Source: an uncultured Collinsella sp.
GTDB lineage: Bacteria; Actinomycetota; Coriobacteriia; Coriobacteriales; Coriobacteriaceae
Direction: 5' to 3'
NCBI GenBank assembly: GCA_902475785.1
Contig: CABSAN010000006.1
Coordinates: forward strand, 2,927-66,926
DNA length: 64,000 nt
In this document: one piece after another, positions 20,002 through 28,716 of the stretch
How positions within the stretch are numbered: the first letter of the stretch is position 1
Layout: each line of letters begins with the position of its first letter
Program-made: the position numbers and the translations under genes
Notes under the pieces: model-generated
Databases searched by the model: none
Seen by the model: only the letters and a program-made list of their open reading frames with translations
Told to the model about the DNA's origin: nothing

Positions 20002-20529
20002 GTGGCGCTCATGACGTGTAAGCTTTCTGCTATCGTCGCCGTGTGCGATGACTGGGGCATTGGGTGCGAGGGCGACATGGTGGTGTCCAACCGTGCCGAC
20101 ATGCGTCATTTTGTGGCGCGCACCAAAGGTTGCCCGGTCATTATGGGACGCAAGACGCTGTTGAGTTTTCCCGGCGGACGACCGCTCAAGAATCGCCGCA
20201 ACATTGTGCTCACGCGCGACGAGGGCTTTGCCCCCGAGGGCGTTGACGTGGTGCATAGCGTTGACGAGGCCTTGGCCGCCGTGGCCGATGAGCCCGTTGC
20301 GTGGGTGATTGGCGGCGGCGAGGTGTATCGGCAGTTTTTGCCGTATTGCGCCGAGGCCGAGGTTACGCATAACCATTGCGTGCATGACGTGGATACGTAC
20401 TTTCCCGATTTGGATGCCGATCCCGCGTGGGAGATTGCGCAGCGCAGCGGGGTCGCGACGATTGCCGCCGGCGAGGGTGATGAGGGTGTCGATTATGAGT
20501 TCGTGACATATCGTCGCGTTGATGCTTAA
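20002..20529 (+). CDS. folA: Dihydrofolate reductase
   Basis: AIVAV..WGIG, DMRHF, IMGRKT, PLKNRRNIVLTR, VIGGGEVY and DTYFP motifs; follows thyA. Confidence 0.93.
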   Translation: MALMTCKLSAIVAVCDDWGIGCEGDMVVSNRADMRHFVARTKGCPVIMGRKTLLSFPGGRPLKNRRNIVLTRDEGFAPEGVDVVHSVDEALAAVADEPVAWVIGGGEVYRQFLPYCAEAEVTHNHCVHDVDTYFPDLDADPAWEIAQRSGVATIAAGEGDEGVDYEFVTYRRVDA

Positions 20530-20636
20530 ATCTCCTTTTTGCCCACGGTATTATCGGGTTGGAATGAGTGAGGGGCGGCGCCTGGCGTCGCCTCGTTTGA
20601 TATAGGTGCTGCAAAGAAAGGTGCGGGCTGGCTGCT

Positions 20637-21551
20637 ATGACTGATGCCGTTGAGGTGCTGCGAATCGATTCGCTCGAGGACGAGCGGCTCGACGCCTACG
20701 TGCGACTGACCGAGCGTGAGCTTCGCTGCGTGCTGGAGCCGCAGAAGGGCATTTTTATCGCCGAGAGCGCCAAGGTCATCGAGCGTGCGGTTTGCGCCGG
20801 ATACGAGCCGGTGAGCTTTCTTTTAGGCGAGCGCTGGCTCGACCAGATGATGCCGCTGTTTGAGCGCTTGGCGCTACGCGAAGGTGCGGGCCCGGTTCCC
20901 GTGTTCGTGGCCTCCATGGATCTTATGGAGCAGCTGACGGGCTTCAATGTGACGCGCGGTGCGCTCGCGGCATTCCGTCGTCCACGTCAGATTCCGGTTG
21001 ATGAGTTCTTGGACGGCGTCATTGAGGCGGCGGGAGAGCGCCCGGTGCGCGTGTGCGTGCTCGAGGGCATTGTCGACCACACCAACGTCGGCGCGATTTT
21101 CCGCTCGGCGGCTGCGCTGAATGTTGATGGCATTTTGGTGAGCCCCACTTGCTGTGACCCGCTGTACCGTCGCTCGGCCCGTGTGAGCATGGGCACGGTG
21201 TTCCAGGTGCCCTGGACGCGCATTGGCAGCGAGGCGCGCGTATGGCCACATGATGGCCTGGCGGCGCTGCACGATGCCGGCTTTTCGTGTGCCGCGATGG
21301 CGCTGACGGATGATTCGGTGTCGTTGGACGATCCCGCGCTCCAGGAGATTGACCGCCTGGCAATCTTTATGGGCACCGAGGGTGCTGGCTTGGGCGCCAA
21401 GACCATTGCAGGCTGCGACCGCGCCGTGCGTATTCCAATGGCGCATGGGGTCGATTCGCTCAACGTGGCCGCGGCAAGTGCTGTCGCCTTTTGGCAGCTG
21501 TGCCCGCATGTGAGCAACGAGTACCACTACCAGCCGGGGCTGTATCACTAA
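20637..21551 (+). CDS. TrmH/SpoU family RNA methyltransferase
   Basis: DHTNVGAIFRSAAA, GTEGAGL and IPMAHGVDSLNVAAA motifs. Confidence 0.9.
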   Translation: MTDAVEVLRIDSLEDERLDAYVRLTERELRCVLEPQKGIFIAESAKVIERAVCAGYEPVSFLLGERWLDQMMPLFERLALREGAGPVPVFVASMDLMEQLTGFNVTRGALAAFRRPRQIPVDEFLDGVIEAAGERPVRVCVLEGIVDHTNVGAIFRSAAALNVDGILVSPTCCDPLYRRSARVSMGTVFQVPWTRIGSEARVWPHDGLAALHDAGFSCAAMALTDDSVSLDDPALQEIDRLAIFMGTEGAGLGAKTIAGCDRAVRIPMAHGVDSLNVAAASAVAFWQLCPHVSNEYHYQPGLYH

Positions 21552-21676
21552 ACAGATATTTCGCACCGGGCTGTGGTTCGGGGCGTTTCGGCCGACGCTG
21601 GTCGGTGCTAAGCTGGTGTCGGCTTTGGTCTTAAATTGCCGTTTTGTTGTATGACGTACGCTAGTGGGGAGGGCGT

Positions 21677-23026
21677 GTGGCTAAGAAATCTACGGCTATC
21701 GATGTAACGCAGGGTGTCATTTGGCAGCAGCTGCTGTCGCTGTGCGTTCCCATTTTCTTTAGTTCGTTCTTTCAACAGGCATACACGCTTATCGGTACCT
21801 ATATCGTCGGTCAGTTTGGCGGCAAGCTCGCGCTGGGTGGCATTCAGGCCACGATGGTGCTTACAGAGCTCTGCATCGGCTTTTGTGTCGGCGTCGGTGC
21901 CGGCTGCGCGGTCATTACGGGCCAGTTTTTTGGCCAGCACGATGACGAGCGCCTGAGCCGATCGGTCCATACGGCCATGACGCTCGCGCTGGTGGGCGGT
22001 ATCGTTTTCTCGATTCTTGGCATAGTGTTCGTTGAGCCCATGCTGGTGCTTATGAACACGCCGCATGAACTATTGGCCGAGGGCGTGGCCTATGCCCGTT
22101 GCTATTTTGCCGCCATGGTTGCGGCGCTGCTGCTCAATATGGGAACGGCATTGCTGCGCGCCGTGGGCGACACGCGCGGGCCTGCTGTGATCATCGCTTC
22201 CGGCTGCCTTGTTAATGCGGTGCTGGATGTCATCTTCGTTGCCGTGCTTCATATGGAGGCTCTGGGCTGTGGCATCGCGGTGGCGCTGACCATTTGCTCC
22301 AACGCCACGATGATCGTGATTCGTATGATGCACGCACCGGGTGCGTGGCGGCTTTCACTGTCCAAACTCGGCATTGATCCTGGCATTTGTAAGAGCATGA
22401 TCTCGTGTGGTCTGCCGCTTGGCTTTCAGTCTGCTGCGTATTCGATTTCCAACGTTTTGATTCAGGTGTCGGTCAACTCGTTTGGTGCCGATGTCACCAC
22501 GGCTTGGGGTCTTTCGGGCCGCCTGGATGGCATTGTCTGGATGGTTACCGAGGCGCTTGGCGTGTCGATCACCACGTTCTCGGCACAGAACTTTGGCGCG
22601 CGCAACTACGAGCGCATGCGCAAGGGCTACCATACGTCGCTCGTGCTGTCGTTTATGCTCATTGGTGGCCTGTCTGCCGTGCTGCTGGTATTCTCGGGTC
22701 CGCTGTCTCGTCTGTTTGTCGACGATGCTTCGATTTCGGCGTACACCACGACGATTCTTCATTTTATCGCGCCGTTCTACGCGATTTTCTCGATTATCGA
22801 GAACGCGTCGGGTTCCATCCGCGGCGCCGGCGTGAGCTTGCAGCCCATGCTGCTCACGATTTTTGGCACCGTCGTGCTCAGGGTGATCTGGGTGTTTGCG
22901 ATTATGCCGTTCGATCCGTCGCTTGAGCACCTGCTGCTGGTTTACCCCGTAACCTGGGTAATCACCGCCATGATGTTCACCGTCTACCACCACAGCGGCA
23001 ACTGGCTAGGCCGCGCCACCGCCTAG
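21677..23026 (+). CDS. MATE family efflux transporter
   Basis: About 12 hydrophobic segments; LRAVGDTRGP and QNFGARNYERM motifs. Confidence 0.9.
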   Translation: MAKKSTAIDVTQGVIWQQLLSLCVPIFFSSFFQQAYTLIGTYIVGQFGGKLALGGIQATMVLTELCIGFCVGVGAGCAVITGQFFGQHDDERLSRSVHTAMTLALVGGIVFSILGIVFVEPMLVLMNTPHELLAEGVAYARCYFAAMVAALLLNMGTALLRAVGDTRGPAVIIASGCLVNAVLDVIFVAVLHMEALGCGIAVALTICSNATMIVIRMMHAPGAWRLSLSKLGIDPGICKSMISCGLPLGFQSAAYSISNVLIQVSVNSFGADVTTAWGLSGRLDGIVWMVTEALGVSITTFSAQNFGARNYERMRKGYHTSLVLSFMLIGGLSAVLLVFSGPLSRLFVDDASISAYTTTILHFIAPFYAIFSIIENASGSIRGAGVSLQPMLLTIFGTVVLRVIWVFAIMPFDPSLEHLLLVYPVTWVITAMMFTVYHHSGNWLGRATA

Positions 23027-23098
23027 TCGTTGGGGACGTTCTTAAACGACTAGTCGTTGGGGACGTTCTTGAATGACTAGTCGTTGGGGACACTCTTT
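23023..23098 (+). repeat. Left end: 2.8 tandem copies of the 27-bp unit CTAGTCGTTGGGGACGTTCTTAAACGA
   Basis: Units at 23023-23049, 23050-23076 and a partial unit at 23077-23098. Confidence 0.95.
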
Positions 23099-23227
23099 GC
23101 GCTACGATTTTCTGGTTTTCATCCAGGTTGTCTTGTATGCCCTTGTAAACTGTCAGCATGGGCTTAGCAAATTGGATCGTCCGCGCCTATCAGATGTTGC
23201 CCGGTGGGTTTGTGATGGGAGGGCGAT

Positions 23228-23998
23228 ATGCCAAGAACGGGTAGAGTCGTTTCGTTAACAGGCTATAACCATATAATCGCACGCGGTAATGGCGGCATCT
23301 GCATCTTCGAAGACGATGAAGATCGCTATCGGATGCTCACGCTGTTCGAGGATAAGCTTGTTGGGAATGGTATCGGAGTTACTGCGTGGTGCCTCATGTC
23401 GAACCATTTTCATCTCATGGTTGATGACCCTAACGGAAGAATCTCATCTTGCATGAGCGGCATCCTTACCTCGTATGTCAAATATTTTAATCATAAAACC
23501 GATCGTGTCGGGCATTTGTTTCAGGATCGGTTTAAGAACATTCCAGTTGAGAACGATATCCAGGCAATTGCGCTCGCTGATTACATCCATATGAATCCCG
23601 TTAAGGCGGGTGTTTCGGCTGTCGATAATTATCGCTGGTCCAGCTATCGAGCATATGCGTATGGTTATGATGGGTTTGGGTTTTGCGATCCTGGCATTGT
23701 GCTGGACCTCGTGGGCGGATCGCTTGAATATCGGCATTATCTTGATGAGCGACTAGAGAGCGCGCCTTATGATGCCGAGCCCCGTCCTCGTGTTCTCGAC
23801 GATGAGGTGCTTAAAATCGCGAAGGAGATTGCTTTGCCTGTTTCTCTTTCCGACATTAAGGCGATGACTCCAGCCGAGCGTAGGCCGATTCTTTGTAAAA
23901 TGCGGAAATCAGGCCTTACGGTTAATCAAATTGTAAGGGCGGTTGGTCTTGGCCGCGCAACGGTTGCGAATGGCACGTCGGGTTGGCGTGAGTTTTAG
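23228..23998 (+). CDS. REP-associated tyrosine transposase-like HUH endonuclease (Y1_Tnp superfamily) with C-terminal HTH
   Basis: HIIARGN, IFEDDED, WCLMSNHFHL (HUH), GHLFQDRF, YIHMNPVKAG (catalytic Tyr), YRWSSY; C-terminal GLTVNQIVRAVGLGRATV helix-turn-helix. Confidence 0.92.
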   Translation: MPRTGRVVSLTGYNHIIARGNGGICIFEDDEDRYRMLTLFEDKLVGNGIGVTAWCLMSNHFHLMVDDPNGRISSCMSGILTSYVKYFNHKTDRVGHLFQDRFKNIPVENDIQAIALADYIHMNPVKAGVSAVDNYRWSSYRAYAYGYDGFGFCDPGIVLDLVGGSLEYRHYLDERLESAPYDAEPRPRVLDDEVLKIAKEIALPVSLSDIKAMTPAERRPILCKMRKSGLTVNQIVRAVGLGRATVANGTSGWREF

Positions 23999-24023
23999 GT
24001 CCCTGATTTTGCTCTTTCCCAAG

Positions 24024-24099
24024 AAAGAGTGTCCCCAACGACTAGTCGTTCAAGAACGTCCCCAATGACTAGTCGTTTAAGAACGTCCGCAATGACTAG
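24024..24099 (-). repeat. Right end: inverted 2.8-copy array of the same 27-bp unit
   Basis: aaagagtgtccccaacgactag / tcgttcaagaacgtccccaatgactag / tcgtttaagaacgtccgcaatgactag. Confidence 0.95.
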
Positions 24100-24581
24100 T
24101 ATTCGATGCCTTGGCGGGCTAGGAGGCCTTCGTCGAAGTAGTGTTTGACGGGGCGCATTTCGGTTACTAGGTCTGCAAGGTCGGCGAGGGGCAGCAAGCC
24201 ACGGCCGGTGAGCACGAGCTCCGTGGTGGTTGGTTTCATCGCGATCAACGCTTCGACATCTTCGCGCGTCACAAAGCCCCGTCGCATGGCTTCCCCCAGC
24301 TCATCCAAGATTAGCACGTCGACCTGGCTAATCTGCTCGCGCGCCAGCTCCATGATCTGTGCGGCGCAAGCCTCCGGCGTGTCGCGGTTGGCTTGTACGA
24401 TGCGCAGACCCAATCGAGGTGCTGCGTCATGTTCGGCACAGTGCAGCTTCTTGGCAAACTGAAGCATGAGCACGTTAAGTCCATAGCCCGTGGCGCGCAG
24501 CGCGAGCCCCAGCGCAGCCGTCGTCTTGCCCTTGCCGTCGCCCGTATAGATTTGAACCTTGCCGACTTCCAGTGATGCCAT
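24096..24581 (-). CDS. cobO: Cob(I)alamin adenosyltransferase (CobO/BtuR/CobA type)
   Basis: QIYTGDGKGKTTAALGLALRA, LILDE, ELVLTGR, ADLVTEM..KHYF and GIEY C-terminus. Confidence 0.9.
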   Translation of the reverse strand: MASLEVGKVQIYTGDGKGKTTAALGLALRATGYGLNVLMLQFAKKLHCAEHDAAPRLGLRIVQANRDTPEACAAQIMELAREQISQVDVLILDELGEAMRRGFVTREDVEALIAMKPTTTELVLTGRGLLPLADLADLVTEMRPVKHYFDEGLLARQGIEY

Positions 24582-24658
24582 CTCTGTCCTTTCGTGCCCG
24601 GCGTCGGTTTATCGCCGTCCGGGTTGGGTATTCTAGAAAACATTATCAACCCCAGTAG

Positions 24659-26566
24659 ATGGAGTTCAAGCAGATGGAGATGGATGACAACAAACGTAGA
24701 CGGAATATGATCCTCTACGTGCTCATCGCCTTCGTCGTCTACCTCGTGCTCTCGACCGTTCTGTTCCCCAACATCGGTCACACGCAGCAGATTACGAAGA
24801 CCGATTACTCGACGTTTGTCAAAGCGCTCGATAAGAAGAGCGTCGACAAGGTCGAGTACAACACGGACGACTACACGATTTATTACACCAAGAAGGGCGA
24901 GGACGAGAACATCGCCTACAAGACGACCGGCGTTCCGAATGACGCGGGCTTTACCGATCGCGTGCTTGAATCTGGCGCCTCGCTGGAGTCGGTCGTTCCC
25001 GATAAGAATTCGGGTCTGATGACCTATTACCTGCTTACGCTCATTCTTCCCATGGCGATTTTCTTCCTGATCGGCTGGTGGCTCAACCGCCGCATGAAGA
25101 AGGCCATGGGCGATGACGGTCCCTCGATGAATTTTGGCGGCGGTGGTTTTGGCGGCGGTGGACTGGGCAAGTCCGGCGCGCGCGTGATCGCCTCCAAGGA
25201 CGTGGGCGTGACCTTTAAAGATGTCGCCGGCCAGGAAGAGGCCAAGGAGTCCCTCAAGGAGGTCGTCGACTTTCTGGAGAAGCCGCAGCGCTACGAGGAG
25301 ATCGGCGCCAAGCTGCCGCGTGGTGCTCTTCTTGTCGGCCCTCCGGGTACCGGTAAGACCCTGCTTGCCAAGGCTGTTGCCGGCGAGGCGGGCGTGCCGT
25401 TCTTTAGCATTTCGGGCTCTGAGTTCGTCGAGATGTTCGTCGGCCGCGGTGCCGCCAAGGTTCGTGACCTGTTTAAGCAGGCCAAGGAAAAGGCCCCGTG
25501 TATCGTCTTTATCGATGAGATCGATACCATCGGCAAGAAGCGCGATGGCGGTGGCTTTAGTGGCAACGACGAGCGCGAGCAGACGCTCAACCAGCTGCTG
25601 ACCGAGATGGACGGCTTCGATAACCACAAGGGCATCGTCGTTCTCGCTGCTACCAACCGCCCTGACAGCCTTGACCCGGCCCTGCTGCGCCCCGGTCGTT
25701 TTGACCGCCGTATCCCCGTTGAGCTGCCCGACCTGACCGGCCGTAAGAACATTCTTGAGCTGCATGCCAAGAGTGTTAAGACGCAGCCGCCGATCGACCT
25801 GACCGCGATTGCCCGCGCCACGCCCGGTGCCTCGGGCGCTGACCTGGCCAACATCATCAACGAGGGCGCCCTGCGTGCCGTCCGCGAGGGTCGCAAGCGC
25901 GCCACGCAGGACGATTTTGAGGAGTCGGTAGAGGTCGTCATCGCCGGCCAGCAGCGCAAGTCCACGGTGCTGTCCGACCACGAGAAGCAGGTCGTTTCTT
26001 ACCACGAGATCGGCCATGCCATCGTTGCCGCCCGCCAGAAGGGCTCTGCGCCGGTCACGAAGATCACCATCGTGCCGCGCACGAGCGGTGCTCTGGGCTA
26101 CACCATGCAGGTCGAGGAGGATGAGCGCTTCCTGACCACGCGCCAGGAGGTCCTGGACAAGCTCGCCGTCTACTGCGGTGGCCGTGCGGCCGAGGAGCTC
26201 ATCTTTGGTGAGATGACGACTGGCGCCGCCAACGATATCGAGCAAGCCACCAAGCTCGCCCGTAACATGGTGACGCGCTTTGGTATGTCCGATGAGTTTG
26301 GCATGATGGCGCTCGGTACCGTTCAGAATGCGTACCTCAACCAGGACACGTCGCTCACCTGCGCCCCCGGTACGGCCGAGCGCGTGGACGCGATTGTCGC
26401 CAAGCTGATCGAGGATGCGCACGACCGCGCCCTGCAGATCCTGAAGGAGAACAAGTTCAAGCTCCACGAGCTGGCTCGTTATCTGTACAAGAAGGAGACG
26501 ATCACGGGCGAGGAGTTTATGAATCTTCTCACGCGCGAAAATCCGCTGATACCGAAGCAGCAGTAA
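24659..26566 (+). CDS. ftsH: ATP-dependent zinc metalloprotease FtsH
   Basis: Two TM segments, [34 protein letters not shown] and HEIGH zinc motif. Confidence 0.95.
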   Translation: MEFKQMEMDDNKRRRNMILYVLIAFVVYLVLSTVLFPNIGHTQQITKTDYSTFVKALDKKSVDKVEYNTDDYTIYYTKKGEDENIAYKTTGVPNDAGFTDRVLESGASLESVVPDKNSGLMTYYLLTLILPMAIFFLIGWWLNRRMKKAMGDDGPSMNFGGGGFGGGGLGKSGARVIASKDVGVTFKDVAGQEEAKESLKEVVDFLEKPQRYEEIGAKLPRGALLVGPPGTGKTLLAKAVAGEAGVPFFSISGSEFVEMFVGRGAAKVRDLFKQAKEKAPCIVFIDEIDTIGKKRDGGGFSGNDEREQTLNQLLTEMDGFDNHKGIVVLAATNRPDSLDPALLRPGRFDRRIPVELPDLTGRKNILELHAKSVKTQPPIDLTAIARATPGASGADLANIINEGALRAVREGRKRATQDDFEESVEVVIAGQQRKSTVLSDHEKQVVSYHEIGHAIVAARQKGSAPVTKITIVPRTSGALGYTMQVEEDERFLTTRQEVLDKLAVYCGGRAAEELIFGEMTTGAANDIEQATKLARNMVTRFGMSDEFGMMALGTVQNAYLNQDTSLTCAPGTAERVDAIVAKLIEDAHDRALQILKENKFKLHELARYLYKKETITGEEFMNLLTRENPLIPKQQ

Positions 26567-26585
26567 GGCTGGTTGCACATTGTTG

Positions 26586-26624
26586 AACGCCCCATTTGAG
26601 TCTCTATCTCAAATGGGGCGTTTT
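26586..26624 (+). terminator. Terminator after ftsH
   Basis: aacgccccatttgag-tctctat-ctcaaatggggcgtttt. Confidence 0.75.
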
Positions 26625-26641
26625 ACGTCGGAGGGATATGT

Positions 26642-27094
26642 ATGAAGATCGTGGTGAGCGCCTGCTTGATGGGCGAGAGCTGCAAGTATAACGGGCTCGA
26701 TAACTACCATCGCGAGCTGGTCGAAGCGTGCGAACGCACAGGGACCGAGGTGCTCCTCGTATGCCCCGAGGTTTTTGGCGGTCTTCCGACGCCGCGCAAG
26801 CCGTCAGAGATTGTGAACGGCGAGGTTCGTACCTGCGAGGGCATCTCGGTCGATCGCGAGTTTCGTCATGGTGCTCAACGTGCGCTCGATATGTGCGAGC
26901 AGGCGGGCGGTCCGTCCGAGATCACCGCGTGCATCCTGCAGGACCGCAGCCCCTCGTGTGGCGTAGGTCGCATCTACGACGGCACTTTTAGTGGTACGCT
27001 CACCGTGGGCAACGGTGTTTTCGTCGACATGCTCCTGCGTCACGGGTACCGTGTGATTCCGGCAAGCGAGTTCGACCCCAGCATGTTGGAGTAA
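26642..27094 (+). CDS. DUF523 family protein (2-thiouracil desulfurase-like)
   Basis: VSACLMGESCKY, VCPEVFGGLPTPR and SPSCG..IYDGTF motifs. Confidence 0.88.
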   Translation: MKIVVSACLMGESCKYNGLDNYHRELVEACERTGTEVLLVCPEVFGGLPTPRKPSEIVNGEVRTCEGISVDREFRHGAQRALDMCEQAGGPSEITACILQDRSPSCGVGRIYDGTFSGTLTVGNGVFVDMLLRHGYRVIPASEFDPSMLE

Positions 27095-27099
27095 TAAAA

Positions 27100-27136
27100 A
27101 ACCACCACAAAGGTGCCTGTCCCCTTTGTGGTGGTT
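27100..27136 (-). repeat. REP-like palindrome (14-bp stem, conserved loop), copy 1; may also act as a bidirectional terminator
   Basis: aaccaccacaaagg-tgcctgtcc-cctttgtggtggtt; near-identical inverted copy at 34914-34954. Confidence 0.85.
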
Positions 27137-27147
27137 ATGGGTTAGAG

Positions 27148-28230
27148 CTAGAGGGTGTGGCCGTAGGCGTTGGCGGCCTTGATGGCGGCGGCGAATTTTT
27201 CGTCGGTGAAGGGCTCGGGGTTTCCCTGCTTCCACTCGTTGGTGGCGTGCGCGTACTCGCACAGGGCCGGGATATCTGCCTCGGCAAGGCCAACCTGCTC
27301 AAGCGTCACGGGCAGGTCCATCTGCTTGTTAAAGGCGGCGTAGCGCTTAAGGTTCTCGGTGTCGCCCGTGTAGGCGAACAACACGAGCACGCCCAGGCTC
27401 ACGACCTCGCCGTGCAGGTAGGTGCCCTCACGCGGTATGCTGCAGGTGGCGTTGTAGAACGCGTGCGCCACGCTCGAGTTGTAGTAGTAATCGTTTTGAT
27501 TGGTCAGGTTCGAGACATAGCCCGTGTTGACCACGATATCGAGCGCGATCTGCTTGACGGCCTCGCTCGACAGGTCCTGGCGCACGTCCTCAAGACCCTG
27601 GACGCCATAGGTAAACAGCGGCTCGGAGCAGGTGTGGGCGAGTGCCAGGCCAAGACCGGCGGTGTGCTCCAGATTACCGGCACTCGTGGCGTACTCTACC
27701 TCGGGCTGCTTAGAGAGGGCATCGCCCACGCCAGCCCAGAAGTACTCTGCCGGAGCCTCGGCGATGATCCTGGGGTTGATGAAGATGTGCGCCGGTCGGT
27801 TGGGGTACGAATAGCCCTCGAGTGATCCGTCGTCGTTGTACACGACGGCAATGGCGGTCGCGGCGGAGCAGTTGGAACAGATCGTCGGGACGGTGAAGAC
27901 GATCTTCTTGAGCTCGATGGCTGCGGTCTTCACAGTGTCGAGCGCCTTGCCGCCGCCACAGGCGATAAGCACGTCTGCCTGCTGACAAGCGGGGGAGTTC
28001 ACAACCTTGGCGATATTGGTGCGCGTGCTGTTGGTGCCATAGACGCGCGTCTCCAGGACCTCGACATCGGTACCTTCAAGTGCCGCCTCGATTCCCGGCA
28101 GCGCCGCAGCCAGGGCTCGCTTGCCGCCAATGATGGCGACTTTCTTCGCGCCGTACTCCGCCAGTGCGGTTGGCAGCTCGGTAAAGCAATCCTCGCCAAC
28201 GGTGTAGTCGCTCATTCCGATCGTGCGCAT
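27148..28230 (-). CDS. Iron-containing alcohol dehydrogenase family, glycerol dehydrogenase-like
   Basis: GGGKALDTVK, VPTICSNCSA, AGVGDALSK, AHAFYN and LHGEVV motifs. Confidence 0.88.
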   Translation of the reverse strand: MRTIGMSDYTVGEDCFTELPTALAEYGAKKVAIIGGKRALAAALPGIEAALEGTDVEVLETRVYGTNSTRTNIAKVVNSPACQQADVLIACGGGKALDTVKTAAIELKKIVFTVPTICSNCSAATAIAVVYNDDGSLEGYSYPNRPAHIFINPRIIAEAPAEYFWAGVGDALSKQPEVEYATSAGNLEHTAGLGLALAHTCSEPLFTYGVQGLEDVRQDLSSEAVKQIALDIVVNTGYVSNLTNQNDYYYNSSVAHAFYNATCSIPREGTYLHGEVVSLGVLVLFAYTGDTENLKRYAAFNKQMDLPVTLEQVGLAEADIPALCEYAHATNEWKQGNPEPFTDEKFAAAIKAANAYGHTL

Positions 28231-28369
28231 AGCAACCTTCTTTCGTTCGATAAAGTACTTTCAGGTATTTTGCTCCTAGAGAAGGTCCACGGCCGCGAGA
28301 AATTTCGAACGTATAAAACCAGTGTTGAGGGTTTTTCGCCGGCGCGGAACGTGCTAGCATACTCCGCAT

Positions 28370-28673
28370 AAGCGTTGATGGGGACGAGTAGTCGGCCGTC
28401 CGCATGCTACAGAGAGCGGGAAGCGCTGAGAACCCGTGCATGCGACCGATGAAAATCACCCCGGAGCTGCGGTCCCAACGGACGAGCCGCATAGGCACGT
28501 CTTAGTAGACATCGCCGAGATGGTCGTCGATACAGACCAGCCGAGTAACGGATGCGAGCGCGCGAATACGCGGGCGAGGGCATCTAAGCTGGGTGGTTAA
28601 GCGAAGAGCTTTTGCGGGCTAACTGACCGTTTTGTGGCGCTTCGTCCCAGCTTGTAGGGACGGGCGCTTTTTT
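28370..28673 (+). promoter_or_regulatory. Ile T-box riboswitch (transcriptional type) upstream of ileS
   Basis: Stem I with AGTA, AGAGA and GCTGAGA elements; specifier GAAA-ATC at 28455-28457; antiterminator GCTGGG-TGGTTAA-GCGAAG pairing with CTTCGT-CCCAGC; terminator 28637-28673 with T-tract. Confidence 0.88.
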
Positions 28674-28716
28674 GGTGCCCAGAGGGCGTGCGCGCCCATG
28701 ATAAGAAAGGGGTACC

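Larger units (their letters stand above)
23023..24099. mobile_element. HUH/Y1 transposase cassette bounded by 76-bp terminal inverted repeats (RAYT-type element)
   Basis: 23023-23098 and 24024-24099 are reverse complements at 72/76 positions and enclose a single Y1 transposase gene that is visibly more AT-rich than its neighbours. Confidence 0.8.

Noticed and set aside
23023..23098. Tandem 27-bp repeats as a CRISPR array
   Set aside because: Units abut directly with no unique spacers, are mirrored on the other side of a transposase gene, and there are no cas genes in the window.
23228..23998. Ordinary IS200/IS605 element with TnpB or omega RNA
   Set aside because: No tnpB/iscB ORF. The protein is longer than IS200 TnpA, has RAYT-type motifs (NPVKAG, WSSY) plus an HTH, and is flanked by long inverted repeats.
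28380..28386. GGGGACG as another copy of the transposase repeat motif
   Set aside because: It is part of T-box stem I, pairing with CACCCC after the specifier loop, and lacks the flanking repeat sequence.
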